From positions 5,920,001 through 5,984,000 of the forward strand of contig OY759599.1 in assembly GCA_963662465.1 (NCBI GenBank): a stretch of 64,000 nucleotides of DNA, in the 5' to 3' direction. Position 1 is the first letter of the stretch, and the number at the start of each line of letters is the position of its first letter. The DNA comes from Desulfatiglandales bacterium. Its GTDB lineage: Bacteria > Desulfobacterota > DSM-4660 > Desulfatiglandales > Desulfatiglandaceae. This document shows positions 21,406 to 31,001 of the stretch, one piece after another. A model generated the notes under the pieces. It worked only from the letters and a program-made list of their open reading frames with translations, had not been told where the DNA came from and made no database searches. The position numbers were made by a program, and so were the translations under genes.

Positions 21406-21466
21406 CCCATTAGGGACTTGTTTCCTTAAAACTTAAATCTTAAAACTTAAAACTAAAAAAAACCCA

Positions 21467-24400
21467 TTGGAATCAAAAAACTATCAAAACAGCCCCCTGG
21501 CACAGCTAAACCACTGGATCGAGGACGGGTGTGAAACCATGCGGGTCGTGGGCCTTTCCGGCCCTGCCCGCGCCTATTTTCTGGCCCGCGTTCTGGACCC
21601 CCTCAATACTCCCTGTCTGATCATTCTCCCGGAAAAAAAAAGCGCCGAACGGTTTTTCCGTGAACTCCGGTTTTTCATGGGGTCTTCGAAAAACGGAAAG
21701 GACGGCGCTGCCACACGGCTGCACCAATTCCCTCCCTATGACATGTCGCCCCTGACCGGCCTCAGTCCCCACCGGCAACTGATCACGGAGCGAATCAACG
21801 CGCTTTACGCACTGATCACGGACCCGAATCCGGTGGTGGTCACCTGTCCGGAAGCGCTTTGTTTCAGGGTTTTGCCCAAGGCATCGCTCATTGACGCCCT
21901 GGAATATCTGGAAGAGGGAGAGGCCGTTGACCGGGAAGACCTCATTAAAACCCTTGAAACGAATGGGTACCAGCGCAGTTCCATGGTGGAAGAGAGAGGC
22001 GACTATTCAGTCAGGGGGGGCGTTATCGATATCTTTTCCCCCCTGTATCCGTTGCCGGTGCGTCTTGAGTTCTGGGGAGACCAGTTGGAATCCATCCGTC
22101 AATTTGACCCTCTCAGCCAACGGTCGGAAAAAAGCCTGCATGAGTTGATCCTCCTGCCCGCCTGCGAGATCATCATGGGCCAAAATAACGTCAAGCGGGC
22201 CAGGTCCATGGGGCGGCTCCCGGGGGGGTCCGATGCACGCACCGGTTTTCCCGGACAGGAAGCCTGGCTTAACCACTTCTATGCCCACCCGGACACCTTA
22301 ATTCACTATTTGCCGAAACAGAGCCTGCTGACCCTGGTGGACCCCATCTCGGCTGCACCTAACGGCCGAAAAATTGAAAAAAAATTCCAAAAAGACATGG
22401 AAAAATATCGGGAGGAATCGGCCGCCAGGGCTGAACCCTTTCCGGATATTGAAGGTGTTTTTGTCCCGTTCATGAAAATTGAAGCGTACATGGAAACGCA
22501 TCGGCAACTCCTGTTCTCCGCGCTGAATGTGGGCCATGAAAACACCGACGAGAAAACCCTGGAAATCGCGGGGCGCTTTGAAATTGAAGAGGACCTGGAA
22601 CTCCGGCGACTGGCCAAAGGCAGGGTTTCCATGGCGCCTTTTGCTCAGAAAATAGATGCCTGGATCTCTTCGGGCGCACAGGTCGTGATGACTTGCAGCA
22701 CCCTGCAGCAGGCCAACCGGTTGAAGGAGATCCTCGGCAACTATGATGTCGTTGTGGACGCTGTGGTGCATCATTGGCATGAAGTGGAAAAGCACCGGGG
22801 GCTCATTGTATGTCTGGATCGTCTGGCAAGGGGCTTTGCCTGGCCGGATCTGGGCCTTTATGTGGTGAGCGAAGACGAGATTTTCGGTACAAGACGCGCC
22901 GGTTTGCGACACAACCGGAAAAAACGCCGGCGGGGACTGTCCTGGTCAGCTTTCAGCCAACTGAAGGCAGGGGATCTGGTGGTTCACGAGGAACACGGCA
23001 TTGGTCGCTATATGGGCCTTTCCACCCTGGAGATTGCGCAGCGTATCCATGATTTTGTGATTGTGGAATACGCAGGGCAATCCAAGCTGTATCTTCCGGC
23101 CGACCGGGTCAGCATTTTACAGAAATACGCGGGGAGTGAGGAAAAGAGCCCGAAACTGGACCAGTTGGGGGGACACGCGTGGGCCCTGACCAAGCAAAAA
23201 ACCAGGAATTCCGTCAAAAAAATTGCTAAACAACTGGTAGAATTGTACGCCCTCAGAAAATACCGGAAAGGATTTCGGTTTTCGCCGCCCGACCCCTATT
23301 TCCGAGAATTCGAAGCGACCTTTGAACATGAGGAAACCGATGATCAGAGCAAGGCCATCGATGATGTTTTAGCGGATCTTGCCTCCGACAAAACCATGGA
23401 CCGCCTCATCTGCGGCGACGTGGGCTTCGGCAAAACGGAAATCGCCATTCGGGCCGCCTTCAAGGCCGTATCCGATGGAAAACAGGTGGCTTTTCTGGTG
23501 CCCACCACGGTTCTGGCGGAGCAGCATTTTGAAACCTTTAAAAAGCGCATGGCGCCCCATGCGGTCAGCTTGGGCGTTCTCAGCCGGTTTAAAACCAAGT
23601 CGGAACAAACCCGGATTGTCGGCGAAGCAAGGTCCGGCAAGATCAATATTCTTATCGGTACCCACCGAATGCTTCAGAAGGATGTGGGGTTCGCCGATCT
23701 GGGACTGGTGATCATCGATGAAGAGCAGCGCTTCGGCGTCAAACAGAAAGAAGCGCTCAAAAAATATCGCGCCCTGGTGGATGTGCTGGCCATTACCGCC
23801 ACCCCGGTTCCCAGAACCCTCCAGATGTCCATGATGGGCGTGAGAGACCTGAGCATCATCGAAACGCCGCCCGTAGACCGGTTGTCCATCGAAACCTATC
23901 TCTCTCCCTATGACGACGCCACCATTAAAAGAGCGATCGATAATGAATTGAAAAGGGGGGGGCAAACTTTTTTTGTTCACAACAAAGTTAAAAGCATCGA
24001 CCACATGGCAACCCAGTTGCAAAAGCTGGTCCCGAACGCGAAGCTTGAAATAGCCCACGGCCAGATGAAGCCCAAGGAACTCGAAGACGCCATGATGCGA
24101 TTCCTTAAAAAAGAAATTGATGTTCTGGTCTGCACCACCATCATCGAATCGGGCCTCGACATCCCTTCCGCCAATACCATTATCATCAATGAAGCGGACC
24201 GTCTGGGTCTGGCTCAGATTTACCAGCTGCGGGGCCGGGTGGGACGCGCCAAAGAAAAGGCTTACGCCTATTTGTTGATCTCCAAGGATTCCACGCTCTC
24301 AAGAGATGCGGAAAAACGCCTGAAGGCCCTCATGGATTTTTCCAACCTTGGCGCCGGTCTGCACCTTGCCATGCATGACCTGAAAATCAGGGGGGGCGGC

Positions 24401-24952
24401 AATATCCTCGGGTTTTCCCAGTCAGGGCATATTTCGGCGGTGGGATACGAACTCTATCTGAAACTGATTGAACGAACCGTCACGGAACTCAAAGGTGAAC
24501 AATGGCAGGACGAGGTAAATCCGGAAATCAATATCGATATCCCCGCATTTCTGCCCGGCGACTATATGATGGACACGGATGTGAGGCTAAATCTGTATCG
24601 CCGGCTTTCTTCCCTCATCGATCAGTCCGAGCTTTCTGAAATGATTGAGGAAATCCGCGATCGTTTTGGAAGTCCGCCTCCGGAGGTGCAAAACCTGCTG
24701 GCGTTGATGTCCATCCGTTTGCGCCTGAAGCAGCTTTGCATTACCAAGTTGGATATGGGAAAAAACCAACTGACGCTCACGTTCCTGGAGGGGAGGATCC
24801 GGAACCGGGACCATCTGGTAAAGCTGGCGCATGCGCGACCCAAGCGGTTTCGATTTCTCCCCAACAATAAGCTCAGCATTTACACGGGATTGATGGCCCT
24901 TCCGAAAGATCTCCAAAAAATTGAACAAATTCTGGACCAGCTCAATCCTTGA
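21467..24952 (+). CDS. mfd: Transcription-repair coupling factor
   Basis: UvrB-like N-terminus, GDLVVHEEHGIGRY, CGDVGFGKTE, DEEQRFG, QLRGRVGR, TRCF C-terminus. Confidence 0.97.
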   Translation: MESKNYQNSPLAQLNHWIEDGCETMRVVGLSGPARAYFLARVLDPLNTPCLIILPEKKSAERFFRELRFFMGSSKNGKDGAATRLHQFPPYDMSPLTGLSPHRQLITERINALYALITDPNPVVVTCPEALCFRVLPKASLIDALEYLEEGEAVDREDLIKTLETNGYQRSSMVEERGDYSVRGGVIDIFSPLYPLPVRLEFWGDQLESIRQFDPLSQRSEKSLHELILLPACEIIMGQNNVKRARSMGRLPGGSDARTGFPGQEAWLNHFYAHPDTLIHYLPKQSLLTLVDPISAAPNGRKIEKKFQKDMEKYREESAARAEPFPDIEGVFVPFMKIEAYMETHRQLLFSALNVGHENTDEKTLEIAGRFEIEEDLELRRLAKGRVSMAPFAQKIDAWISSGAQVVMTCSTLQQANRLKEILGNYDVVVDAVVHHWHEVEKHRGLIVCLDRLARGFAWPDLGLYVVSEDEIFGTRRAGLRHNRKKRRRGLSWSAFSQLKAGDLVVHEEHGIGRYMGLSTLEIAQRIHDFVIVEYAGQSKLYLPADRVSILQKYAGSEEKSPKLDQLGGHAWALTKQKTRNSVKKIAKQLVELYALRKYRKGFRFSPPDPYFREFEATFEHEETDDQSKAIDDVLADLASDKTMDRLICGDVGFGKTEIAIRAAFKAVSDGKQVAFLVPTTVLAEQHFETFKKRMAPHAVSLGVLSRFKTKSEQTRIVGEARSGKINILIGTHRMLQKDVGFADLGLVIIDEEQRFGVKQKEALKKYRALVDVLAITATPVPRTLQMSMMGVRDLSIIETPPVDRLSIETYLSPYDDATIKRAIDNELKRGGQTFFVHNKVKSIDHMATQLQKLVPNAKLEIAHGQMKPKELEDAMMRFLKKEIDVLVCTTIIESGLDIPSANTIIINEADRLGLAQIYQLRGRVGRAKEKAYAYLLISKDSTLSRDAEKRLKALMDFSNLGAGLHLAMHDLKIRGGGNILGFSQSGHISAVGYELYLKLIERTVTELKGEQWQDEVNPEINIDIPAFLPGDYMMDTDVRLNLYRRLSSLIDQSELSEMIEEIRDRFGSPPPEVQNLLALMSIRLRLKQLCITKLDMGKNQLTLTFLEGRIRNRDHLVKLAHARPKRFRFLPNNKLSIYTGLMALPKDLQKIEQILDQLNP

Positions 24953-25037
24953 CGGCCGCGGCCGGTAAAATCGTTGCTATTCTACTTTACTCATGAGTAA
25001 AGTCGTGCTATCGCTATTAGGGAAGCTTTCAGAAACT

Positions 25038-25279
25038 GTAGCCGTTCACGGTTGCCGGTTTACAGTTGCCGGTTCACGGTTTTTCAATGAATTATGGGTT
25101 TCCTTCATACAGATTTACACTTTCTTGATGAATTGTTTTTTCAATTTTAATGAAGGATGCCGAATTATGTTGGGATTGATAACCGTGATTTTTTAAATCT
25201 TCACAAGAGGACCCCATAATCTTCCGTTATCCTCTGTTTTTCAACCGAAAACCGGCAACCGTAAACCGTGAACGGTTAC
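25038..25279. mobile_element. MITE-like cassette with GTA(G/A)CCGTTCAC...GTGAACGGTTAC ends and heptamer repeats
   Basis: GTAGCCGTTCACGGTTGCCGGTTTACAGTTGCCGGTTCACGGTT versus AACCGAAAACCGGCAACCGTAAACCGTGAACGGTTAC. Confidence 0.7.
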
Positions 25280-25308
25280 CAGCAACTATACCTGGAGTTT
25301 TTTAACCG

Positions 25309-27573
25309 ATGAATTCGAAATATGTGCAAAAGATTGCGAAGGAAATGGACCTTCGCCCAAAACAGGTGGAGGCCGTACTGGACCTTCTGTCGCAAAGTGC
25401 GACCATCCCCTTTATTGCCCGGTACCGAAAGGAAGCAACCGATTCCCTGGATGAGGTTGTCATCTCCGATATCCGTGACCGGTCCGCTCAGCTGGAAGAA
25501 TTGGATCGAAGGCGAGAGGCCATCCTTAAGTCTTTGCGTGACCAGGAAAAACTGACCGATGATCTGGCAGCCAAAATTCAGGGCGCCGAAACCCTTGCGG
25601 TCCTTGAAGACATTTACCTGCCTTTTAAACCCAAACGGCGAACCCGGGCGAGTATCGCCAGGGAACGGGGACTTGAGCCCCTGGCCCATGTTTTATTTCA
25701 GCAGGAAGATCTCGATCCGTTTGGGGTTGCGGCCCCTTTTGTGGATCTTGAAAAAGAGATTGAAACCATTGAAGAGGCACTGGCCGGCGCAAGGGACATC
25801 ATCGCTGAATGGATTACGGAAAACCAGGAAGCTCGGGCATTGGTACGGTCTCTTTTTTTACAAAAAGGCGTTGTTATTTCAAAAGTCGATGCCTCAAAAG
25901 AAGAAGAAGGGGCAAAATATAGAGATTATTTTGATTGGGAAGAACCGCTTACAAAAGCGCCGTCACACCGGATATTAGCCATGCGACGGGGTGAAAACGA
26001 GGGCATCCTGACCCTCCGCATTGCGCCGGAAGAGACCGAGGTCCTTGCCCTGCTTGAATCTCTGTTCATCACCGGTCGTTTTTCCACATCCGAGCAGGTG
26101 CGGATGGCCATTTACGATAGCTATAAAAGGCTCCTGAGCCATTCCATGGAAACCGAGGTCCGGATGACCTCAAAAAAAGCGGCGGATGAAGAGGCCATTC
26201 GAATATTTGCCGGCAACCTTCGTCAACTGCTTCTGGCAGCCCCTCTTGGGCAGAGAAATATTCTGGCCATTGACCCCGGATTTCGCACCGGTTGTAAAGT
26301 GGTCTGTTTGGATTCCCAGGGAAAACTGCTGCACGCAGATGCCATTTTTCCTCATTTTGGAGATTCAAAAGCCGTGCAGGCCGGACAAAAAATACGGGAT
26401 TTTTGTGATCGTTTTCATGTGGATGCCATTGCCATTGGAAACGGCACCGCCGGAAGGGAAACCGAGACCTTCATAAGAGGGCTATCCCTTGAAAAAAAGA
26501 TTCAGGTGATCATGGTCAACGAAAGCGGCGCCTCCATTTACTCCGCCTCCGAAGTGGGCCGCGAAGAATTTCCGGATCAGGACATTACCGTGAGAGGGGC
26601 CGTCTCCATCGGAAGGAGACTCATGGATCCCCTTGCCGAGCTGGTCAAGATTGACCCGAAATCCATAGGGGTCGGACAGTACCAGCACGACGTGGATCAG
26701 AAAGCATTACGACAAAGTCTTGACGACGTGGTCATGAGCTGTGTCAACAGGGTTGGCGTGGAGGTCAACACCGCAAGCCGACAGTTATTGACCTATGTGT
26801 CGGGGTTGGGGCCTCAACTGGCCAAAAATATTGTCCGCCACCGTGAGGAGAACGGGCCCTTTGCCTCTCGAAAAGCGCTCATGGACGTTCGCCGCCTTGG
26901 CGCCAAAGCCTTTGAACAGGCCGGCGGATTTTTGCGTATCCGGGGTGCTTTACACCCGTTGGATGCAAGTGCCGTCCACCCTGAAAGCTACCCCATTGTA
27001 GAAGCCATGGCCAAAGACCTTCATTGTTCCATCCAGGATCTCATGGAAAATGAGACCCTTCGCAAACAAATTAAAAAGGAGGCATATGTCACCGAAACCG
27101 TAGGTCTGCCCACTTTAAATGATATCCTGGAGGAGCTGGCCAAACCCGGGCGCGACCCGCGTAAACAATTTGAAAATATCGCGTTTAAAGAAGGGGTTGA
27201 AAAAATGGAAGACCTCGAGCCGGGGATGAATCTGCCCGGGGTGGTCACCAATATTACGGCCTTTGGCGCTTTTGTGGATATCGGCGTTCATCAGGACGGC
27301 CTTATCCATGTGAGCCAGATGGCAGATCGCTTTGTAAAAGATCCCAACGAGGTGGTCAAGGTGCAGCAGAAGGTCAATGTCCGGGTTTTGGATGTGGATA
27401 TTAAGAGAAAGCGGATTTCCCTTTCATTAAAAGCCAAAGGGAACGGTTCCGACAAAATCGTCCCGCCAACCGTTCATCAAAAACCTAAACCAAAGGCAAA
27501 AAGTCATTCGAAGCAAGCTGAAAAAAGCCCTTTTAATAACCCGTTCTCCGATGCTTTGGGAAAAATCTCCTGA
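25309..27573 (+). CDS. tex: Tex family RNA-binding transcriptional accessory protein
   Basis: TIPFIARYRKEAT, IDPGFRTGCK, SIGVGQYQHDV, C-terminal S1 domain. Confidence 0.95.
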   Translation: MNSKYVQKIAKEMDLRPKQVEAVLDLLSQSATIPFIARYRKEATDSLDEVVISDIRDRSAQLEELDRRREAILKSLRDQEKLTDDLAAKIQGAETLAVLEDIYLPFKPKRRTRASIARERGLEPLAHVLFQQEDLDPFGVAAPFVDLEKEIETIEEALAGARDIIAEWITENQEARALVRSLFLQKGVVISKVDASKEEEGAKYRDYFDWEEPLTKAPSHRILAMRRGENEGILTLRIAPEETEVLALLESLFITGRFSTSEQVRMAIYDSYKRLLSHSMETEVRMTSKKAADEEAIRIFAGNLRQLLLAAPLGQRNILAIDPGFRTGCKVVCLDSQGKLLHADAIFPHFGDSKAVQAGQKIRDFCDRFHVDAIAIGNGTAGRETETFIRGLSLEKKIQVIMVNESGASIYSASEVGREEFPDQDITVRGAVSIGRRLMDPLAELVKIDPKSIGVGQYQHDVDQKALRQSLDDVVMSCVNRVGVEVNTASRQLLTYVSGLGPQLAKNIVRHREENGPFASRKALMDVRRLGAKAFEQAGGFLRIRGALHPLDASAVHPESYPIVEAMAKDLHCSIQDLMENETLRKQIKKEAYVTETVGLPTLNDILEELAKPGRDPRKQFENIAFKEGVEKMEDLEPGMNLPGVVTNITAFGAFVDIGVHQDGLIHVSQMADRFVKDPNEVVKVQQKVNVRVLDVDIKRKRISLSLKAKGNGSDKIVPPTVHQKPKPKAKSHSKQAEKSPFNNPFSDALGKIS

Positions 27574-27638
27574 AAACGGAATTTTTAGCAGCAATTTTCT
27601 TGAGCAAAGCCAACCCTCTTACTGAATAGGAGAAAACC

Positions 27639-29252
27639 ATGCCCATCACCACTGATTACCTCGTCATCGGCAGCGGCATCGCCGGACTGCGATTTGCCCT
27701 TGATGCCGCCAAAACCGGTAGCGTGGCCATTGTGACCAAAAAAGAAAAAACGGAAGGCTCAACCAACTATGCACAGGGCGGCATTGCTTCGGTTCTGGAT
27801 CCCGATGACAGTTTTGATCTCCATATCAAGGATACCCTGACTTCGGGCGACGGCATCTGCCATGAAGATATCGTCAGGATTGTGGTAGAGGAAGGTCCCC
27901 AGCGGATTCACGAACTGGTGTCCATGGGCGTTCAGTTTTCTCAGCAGGATGGGCATAAAAACACATTTGATCTGGGTCGTGAAGGTGGACACTCCAAACG
28001 CCGAATCGTCCATACCAGGGATTTGACCGGTCGGGAGGTTGAAAAGCGTCTTCTCGAAAGAGCGGCGGATGCCGAGAACATTCAGATTTATGAAAACCAC
28101 ATGGCCATTGATTTGATCACCAAATCCACCCTGGTTCGCCGTGGCATCGTTTCAAAGCAAACGGATCAAAGCTGCTGGGGGGCCTACGTTCTGGATGTGG
28201 AAACAGGCGATATCCTGACATTCCTTTCAAGGATTACGGTCCTGTGTTCCGGCGGCGCTGGCAAGGTATACCGCTATACCAGCAACCCTGATATCGCTAC
28301 CGGGGACGGGGTCGCCATCGGGTACCGCGCCGGCGTAAAAGTGGCCAACATGGAATTCGTTCAGTTTCACCCCACTTCCCTTTATCATCCTCTGGCAAAG
28401 AATTTTCTCATCTCCGAAGCCGTGAGGGGAGAGGGGGGAATCCTTTTGGACAAAAAAGGGAAACGCTTCATGGAAGCCTACCATTCCCTAAAGGATCTGG
28501 CTTTCAGAGATGTCGTGGCCCGCTCCATTGACATGGAGCTTAAAAAAAGCGGCGATCACTGCGTTTATCTGGATATCAGCCACAAAGACAAAGATTTTAT
28601 CATCCATCGTTTTCCCCACATTTATAAAACCTGCCTGGCCTATCACATCGATATCACGGAGGAGGCGATTCCCGTAGTTCCCGCCGCCCACTATATGTGC
28701 GGCGGCCTTTTGACCGATGAACACGGGCGGACCAATATGGAGAACCTCTTTGCCATCGGTGAAGTGGCCTGCACCGGATTGCACGGCGCAAACCGGCTCG
28801 CCAGCAATTCACTCATCGAGGCCCTTGTCTTTGCCAGGCGCGCGGCTTTAAAATCCGCACGGGAATTAGCCGACAAAAAGCAGGAAGCATTTCCACGGGC
28901 CCCCGAATGGGACCCCGGCACCGCAACGGACAGCGAAGAGCTGGTGGTGGTATCCCACAACTGGGATGAGATCAGAAGGTTTATGTGGAATTATGTGGGC
29001 ATTGTAAGGACCAACAAACGTCTGGCCCGGGCTAAAAGACGAGTGGACATTATTCAGGAAGAAATTAAGGAATACTATTGGGACTTCCTCATCAGTCAGG
29101 ATCTTCTTGAGCTCCGAAATCTCGCCCTTGTAGCGGAACTCATTATCACCTGCGCCTCCCTCAGGAAAGAGAGCCGCGGGCTTCATTTCAACCTCGATTA
29201 TCCCTCCAAGGATAATAAGTTCTGGCAACAGGATACGGTTATCTGGAAATAG
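27639..29252 (+). CDS. nadB: L-aspartate oxidase
   Basis: GSGIAGL, TNYAQGGIA, REGGHS, QFHPT, LISEAVRGEG, GLHGANRLASNS and ESRGLH motifs. Confidence 0.96.
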   Translation: MPITTDYLVIGSGIAGLRFALDAAKTGSVAIVTKKEKTEGSTNYAQGGIASVLDPDDSFDLHIKDTLTSGDGICHEDIVRIVVEEGPQRIHELVSMGVQFSQQDGHKNTFDLGREGGHSKRRIVHTRDLTGREVEKRLLERAADAENIQIYENHMAIDLITKSTLVRRGIVSKQTDQSCWGAYVLDVETGDILTFLSRITVLCSGGAGKVYRYTSNPDIATGDGVAIGYRAGVKVANMEFVQFHPTSLYHPLAKNFLISEAVRGEGGILLDKKGKRFMEAYHSLKDLAFRDVVARSIDMELKKSGDHCVYLDISHKDKDFIIHRFPHIYKTCLAYHIDITEEAIPVVPAAHYMCGGLLTDEHGRTNMENLFAIGEVACTGLHGANRLASNSLIEALVFARRAALKSARELADKKQEAFPRAPEWDPGTATDSEELVVVSHNWDEIRRFMWNYVGIVRTNKRLARAKRRVDIIQEEIKEYYWDFLISQDLLELRNLALVAELIITCASLRKESRGLHFNLDYPSKDNKFWQQDTVIWK

Positions 29253-29337
29253 AACGGCAGGTCAAGACGGCAACGCTTATGGTCGTTGTTCACACAAGGC
29301 TTTTGTGTAGGTGTATACCCGTTCCCATTTATCAGAA

Positions 29338-29505
29338 CCTGAGGCGGGATTTAACGTCAGGGGCGAGGTTTTCGAGGGCAAGGAAGGGATAAAAATGGGG
29401 CTGAAAGCGTAGTCAAGCTACGGTGAAGAACCCATTTTTGTCGCTGACGCAGCCATCGGAAGCCGCAGCCGACCGCAGCAGGGATAATTTTTAAACAAGC
29501 TCTAA
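29338..29505. repeat. Long imperfect palindrome (MITE-like) at the core/island junction
   Basis: Nested arms CCTGAGGCGG/CCGCAGCAGG, GGTTTTCGAGGGC/GCCATCGGAAGCC, GATAAAAATGGG/CCCATTTTTGTC around CGTAG-TCAAG-CTACG. Confidence 0.55.
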
Positions 29506-30040
29506 GGTCGCAAGCCAGTTCAAATGGGTCGCAAATAGGTCGCAAATGATCCACCACGCATTTTTCCAGGAAGATCGTCAGCCAAACGTCAAAATTAGTC
29601 TTTCCAAGGGACCACCACGGCACGTTCAGTCTTGAAACGGGGCAAGGTCGCGAGGGGAAAAATCCTGTCCAAGTTTCAGATTACGCTTCAAACCATTTCA
29701 TATCTTCGGGGGAATTCCGATCTGACCAGAGCGCTATATGGGATGGCATCGCTGAAAAAGCGACCAGGATGAGCGCTTCGTCTCCCACCGCTTCAACGCT
29801 AATCAAAACTGAACCAAGTTTGCTAATGGAAATTGAACCATTGGCTGTCACCGCCGGTGAGTACGGCCCTCAGGTATAGCGGACGATGAGGGATCCATAA
29901 GTGGCGGCAAAGGAGTCGTTGATGTAGATTTACTTTTCAATAAATTTTTATAAAATCTATTTTCTTTGGATTTGGTTTTCTTCTTCCAAGACAGAGGCTT
30001 GGTTAAGTGGAAATGCGATTTACTTTGTAGAATGGATGGT

Positions 30041-30076
30041 GAAGGCCCGAAGTAGCCGCTTCGGGCCTTCTTTTTT
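30041..30076 (+). terminator. Intrinsic terminator-like hairpin in the leader of element A (also at 54866-54901)
   Basis: GAAGGCCCGAAG-TAGCCG-CTTCGGGCCTTC-TTTTTT: perfect 12-bp stem plus T6. Confidence 0.75.
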
Positions 30077-30152
30077 GACCACCGGATAGAGCCGGAAGCC
30101 ACACACACGCCAATTTTATATAAGTGTGTTTCCGGCCAATTGCAAGGCTGGA

Positions 30153-30569
30153 ATGATGGGAGATGTCCTTTTAAGAGTGGTTCAATGCCGATGTTGTGGT
30201 TGCTTTTTTCACGTCTGTCGGTCGTGTTGGCGTGGCCAGGCCTATTGTGGGGAACGATGTCGCAGGATACGCCAAAGACAGCTGCACCGGAAAGCTCAGG
30301 GGAAATACCGCAATTCGAAAAAAGGGAAAGAGCGCCGTCGTTTGTACGAAAAAACAAAAAAATCCAAAAAAAATGGACTGAACCCTGGTGATGATAGTTC
30401 AACACCTCAAAAAGACTGTGATATTGAACCCAAAAAGCGGTCGGGGAACCGACCCAGCTGTCTTTTTTGCGGGTCGATCGGGGTTGTTGTGGACCATTTT
30501 CCTCGCCGTGCTTATGCAGGGAGGGTTTTTTCAGATGTAACAGGCTTTGAGAAAACCCCATATCCATGA
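30153..30569 (+). CDS. Cys-rich, basic putative Zn-finger protein (element A orf1)
   Basis: CRCCGC..CRSC..YCGERC, Lys/Arg-rich helix, C-terminal CLFCG; first gene of a tightly spaced operon. Confidence 0.7.
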   Translation: MMGDVLLRVVQCRCCGCFFHVCRSCWRGQAYCGERCRRIRQRQLHRKAQGKYRNSKKGKERRRLYEKTKKSKKNGLNPGDDSSTPQKDCDIEPKKRSGNRPSCLFCGSIGVVVDHFPRRAYAGRVFSDVTGFEKTPYP

Positions 30570-30581
30570 CAGGAGAAAAAA

Positions 30582-31001
30582 ATGATCAAAAAAAGAGTCC
30601 TTTTTCCCGAAAGAGTGCGTGTCATCAATGGAAGCTTCGGCTTTCTGGAGCATCGTTTTTTGAGAAACGGCTTTTGGGAGAGCCTGAATCATCATGAGCT
30701 GCTGCTCTACATTTTTCTGGTGTTGGTATCTGACAAAAACGGGCTCTCTTATTATGGTTACGACAGAATCTGCCGGATTTTAAAGGTGCATTTGGATCAA
30801 TATATCGATGCCCGCGATGGCTTGTTGGACAAGGATCTGATTGGGTTTGATGGCCGTCTGTTTCAGGTTCTTTCGCTTCCCAGACGTCCTGTGATTGTGA
30901 AACAGGTAAAGGAGATCCGGCAAGGAAATTGGGTCAGTCTTGGAGAAACCATAGAGGAAATCTTTCGGGAGACTGGGTATGGAATCCATCCGAACCGTTG
31001 A
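30582..31001 (+). CDS. Putative winged-helix DNA-binding protein (element A orf2)
   Basis: AGGAG RBS; LLLYIFLVLVSDKNGLSYYGYDRICRILK..ARDGLLDKDLIGF resembles replication-protein wHTH domains. Confidence 0.65.
   Translation: MIKKRVLFPERVRVINGSFGFLEHRFLRNGFWESLNHHELLLYIFLVLVSDKNGLSYYGYDRICRILKVHLDQYIDARDGLLDKDLIGFDGRLFQVLSLPRRPVIVKQVKEIRQGNWVSLGETIEEIFRETGYGIHPNR

Noticed and set aside
29253..29790. tRNA or att site at the island boundary
   Set aside because: No cloverleaf or T-loop consensus and no integrase are visible.
29846..29910. Leader stems as a known ribozyme or riboswitch
   Set aside because: I could not recognise a hammerhead core (CTGANGA/GAAA) or another known consensus on either strand.
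29848..30567. 239-aa minus-strand ORF in element A
   Set aside because: Antisense to orf1 and the leader, with no recognisable domain; the + strand operon explains the region better.
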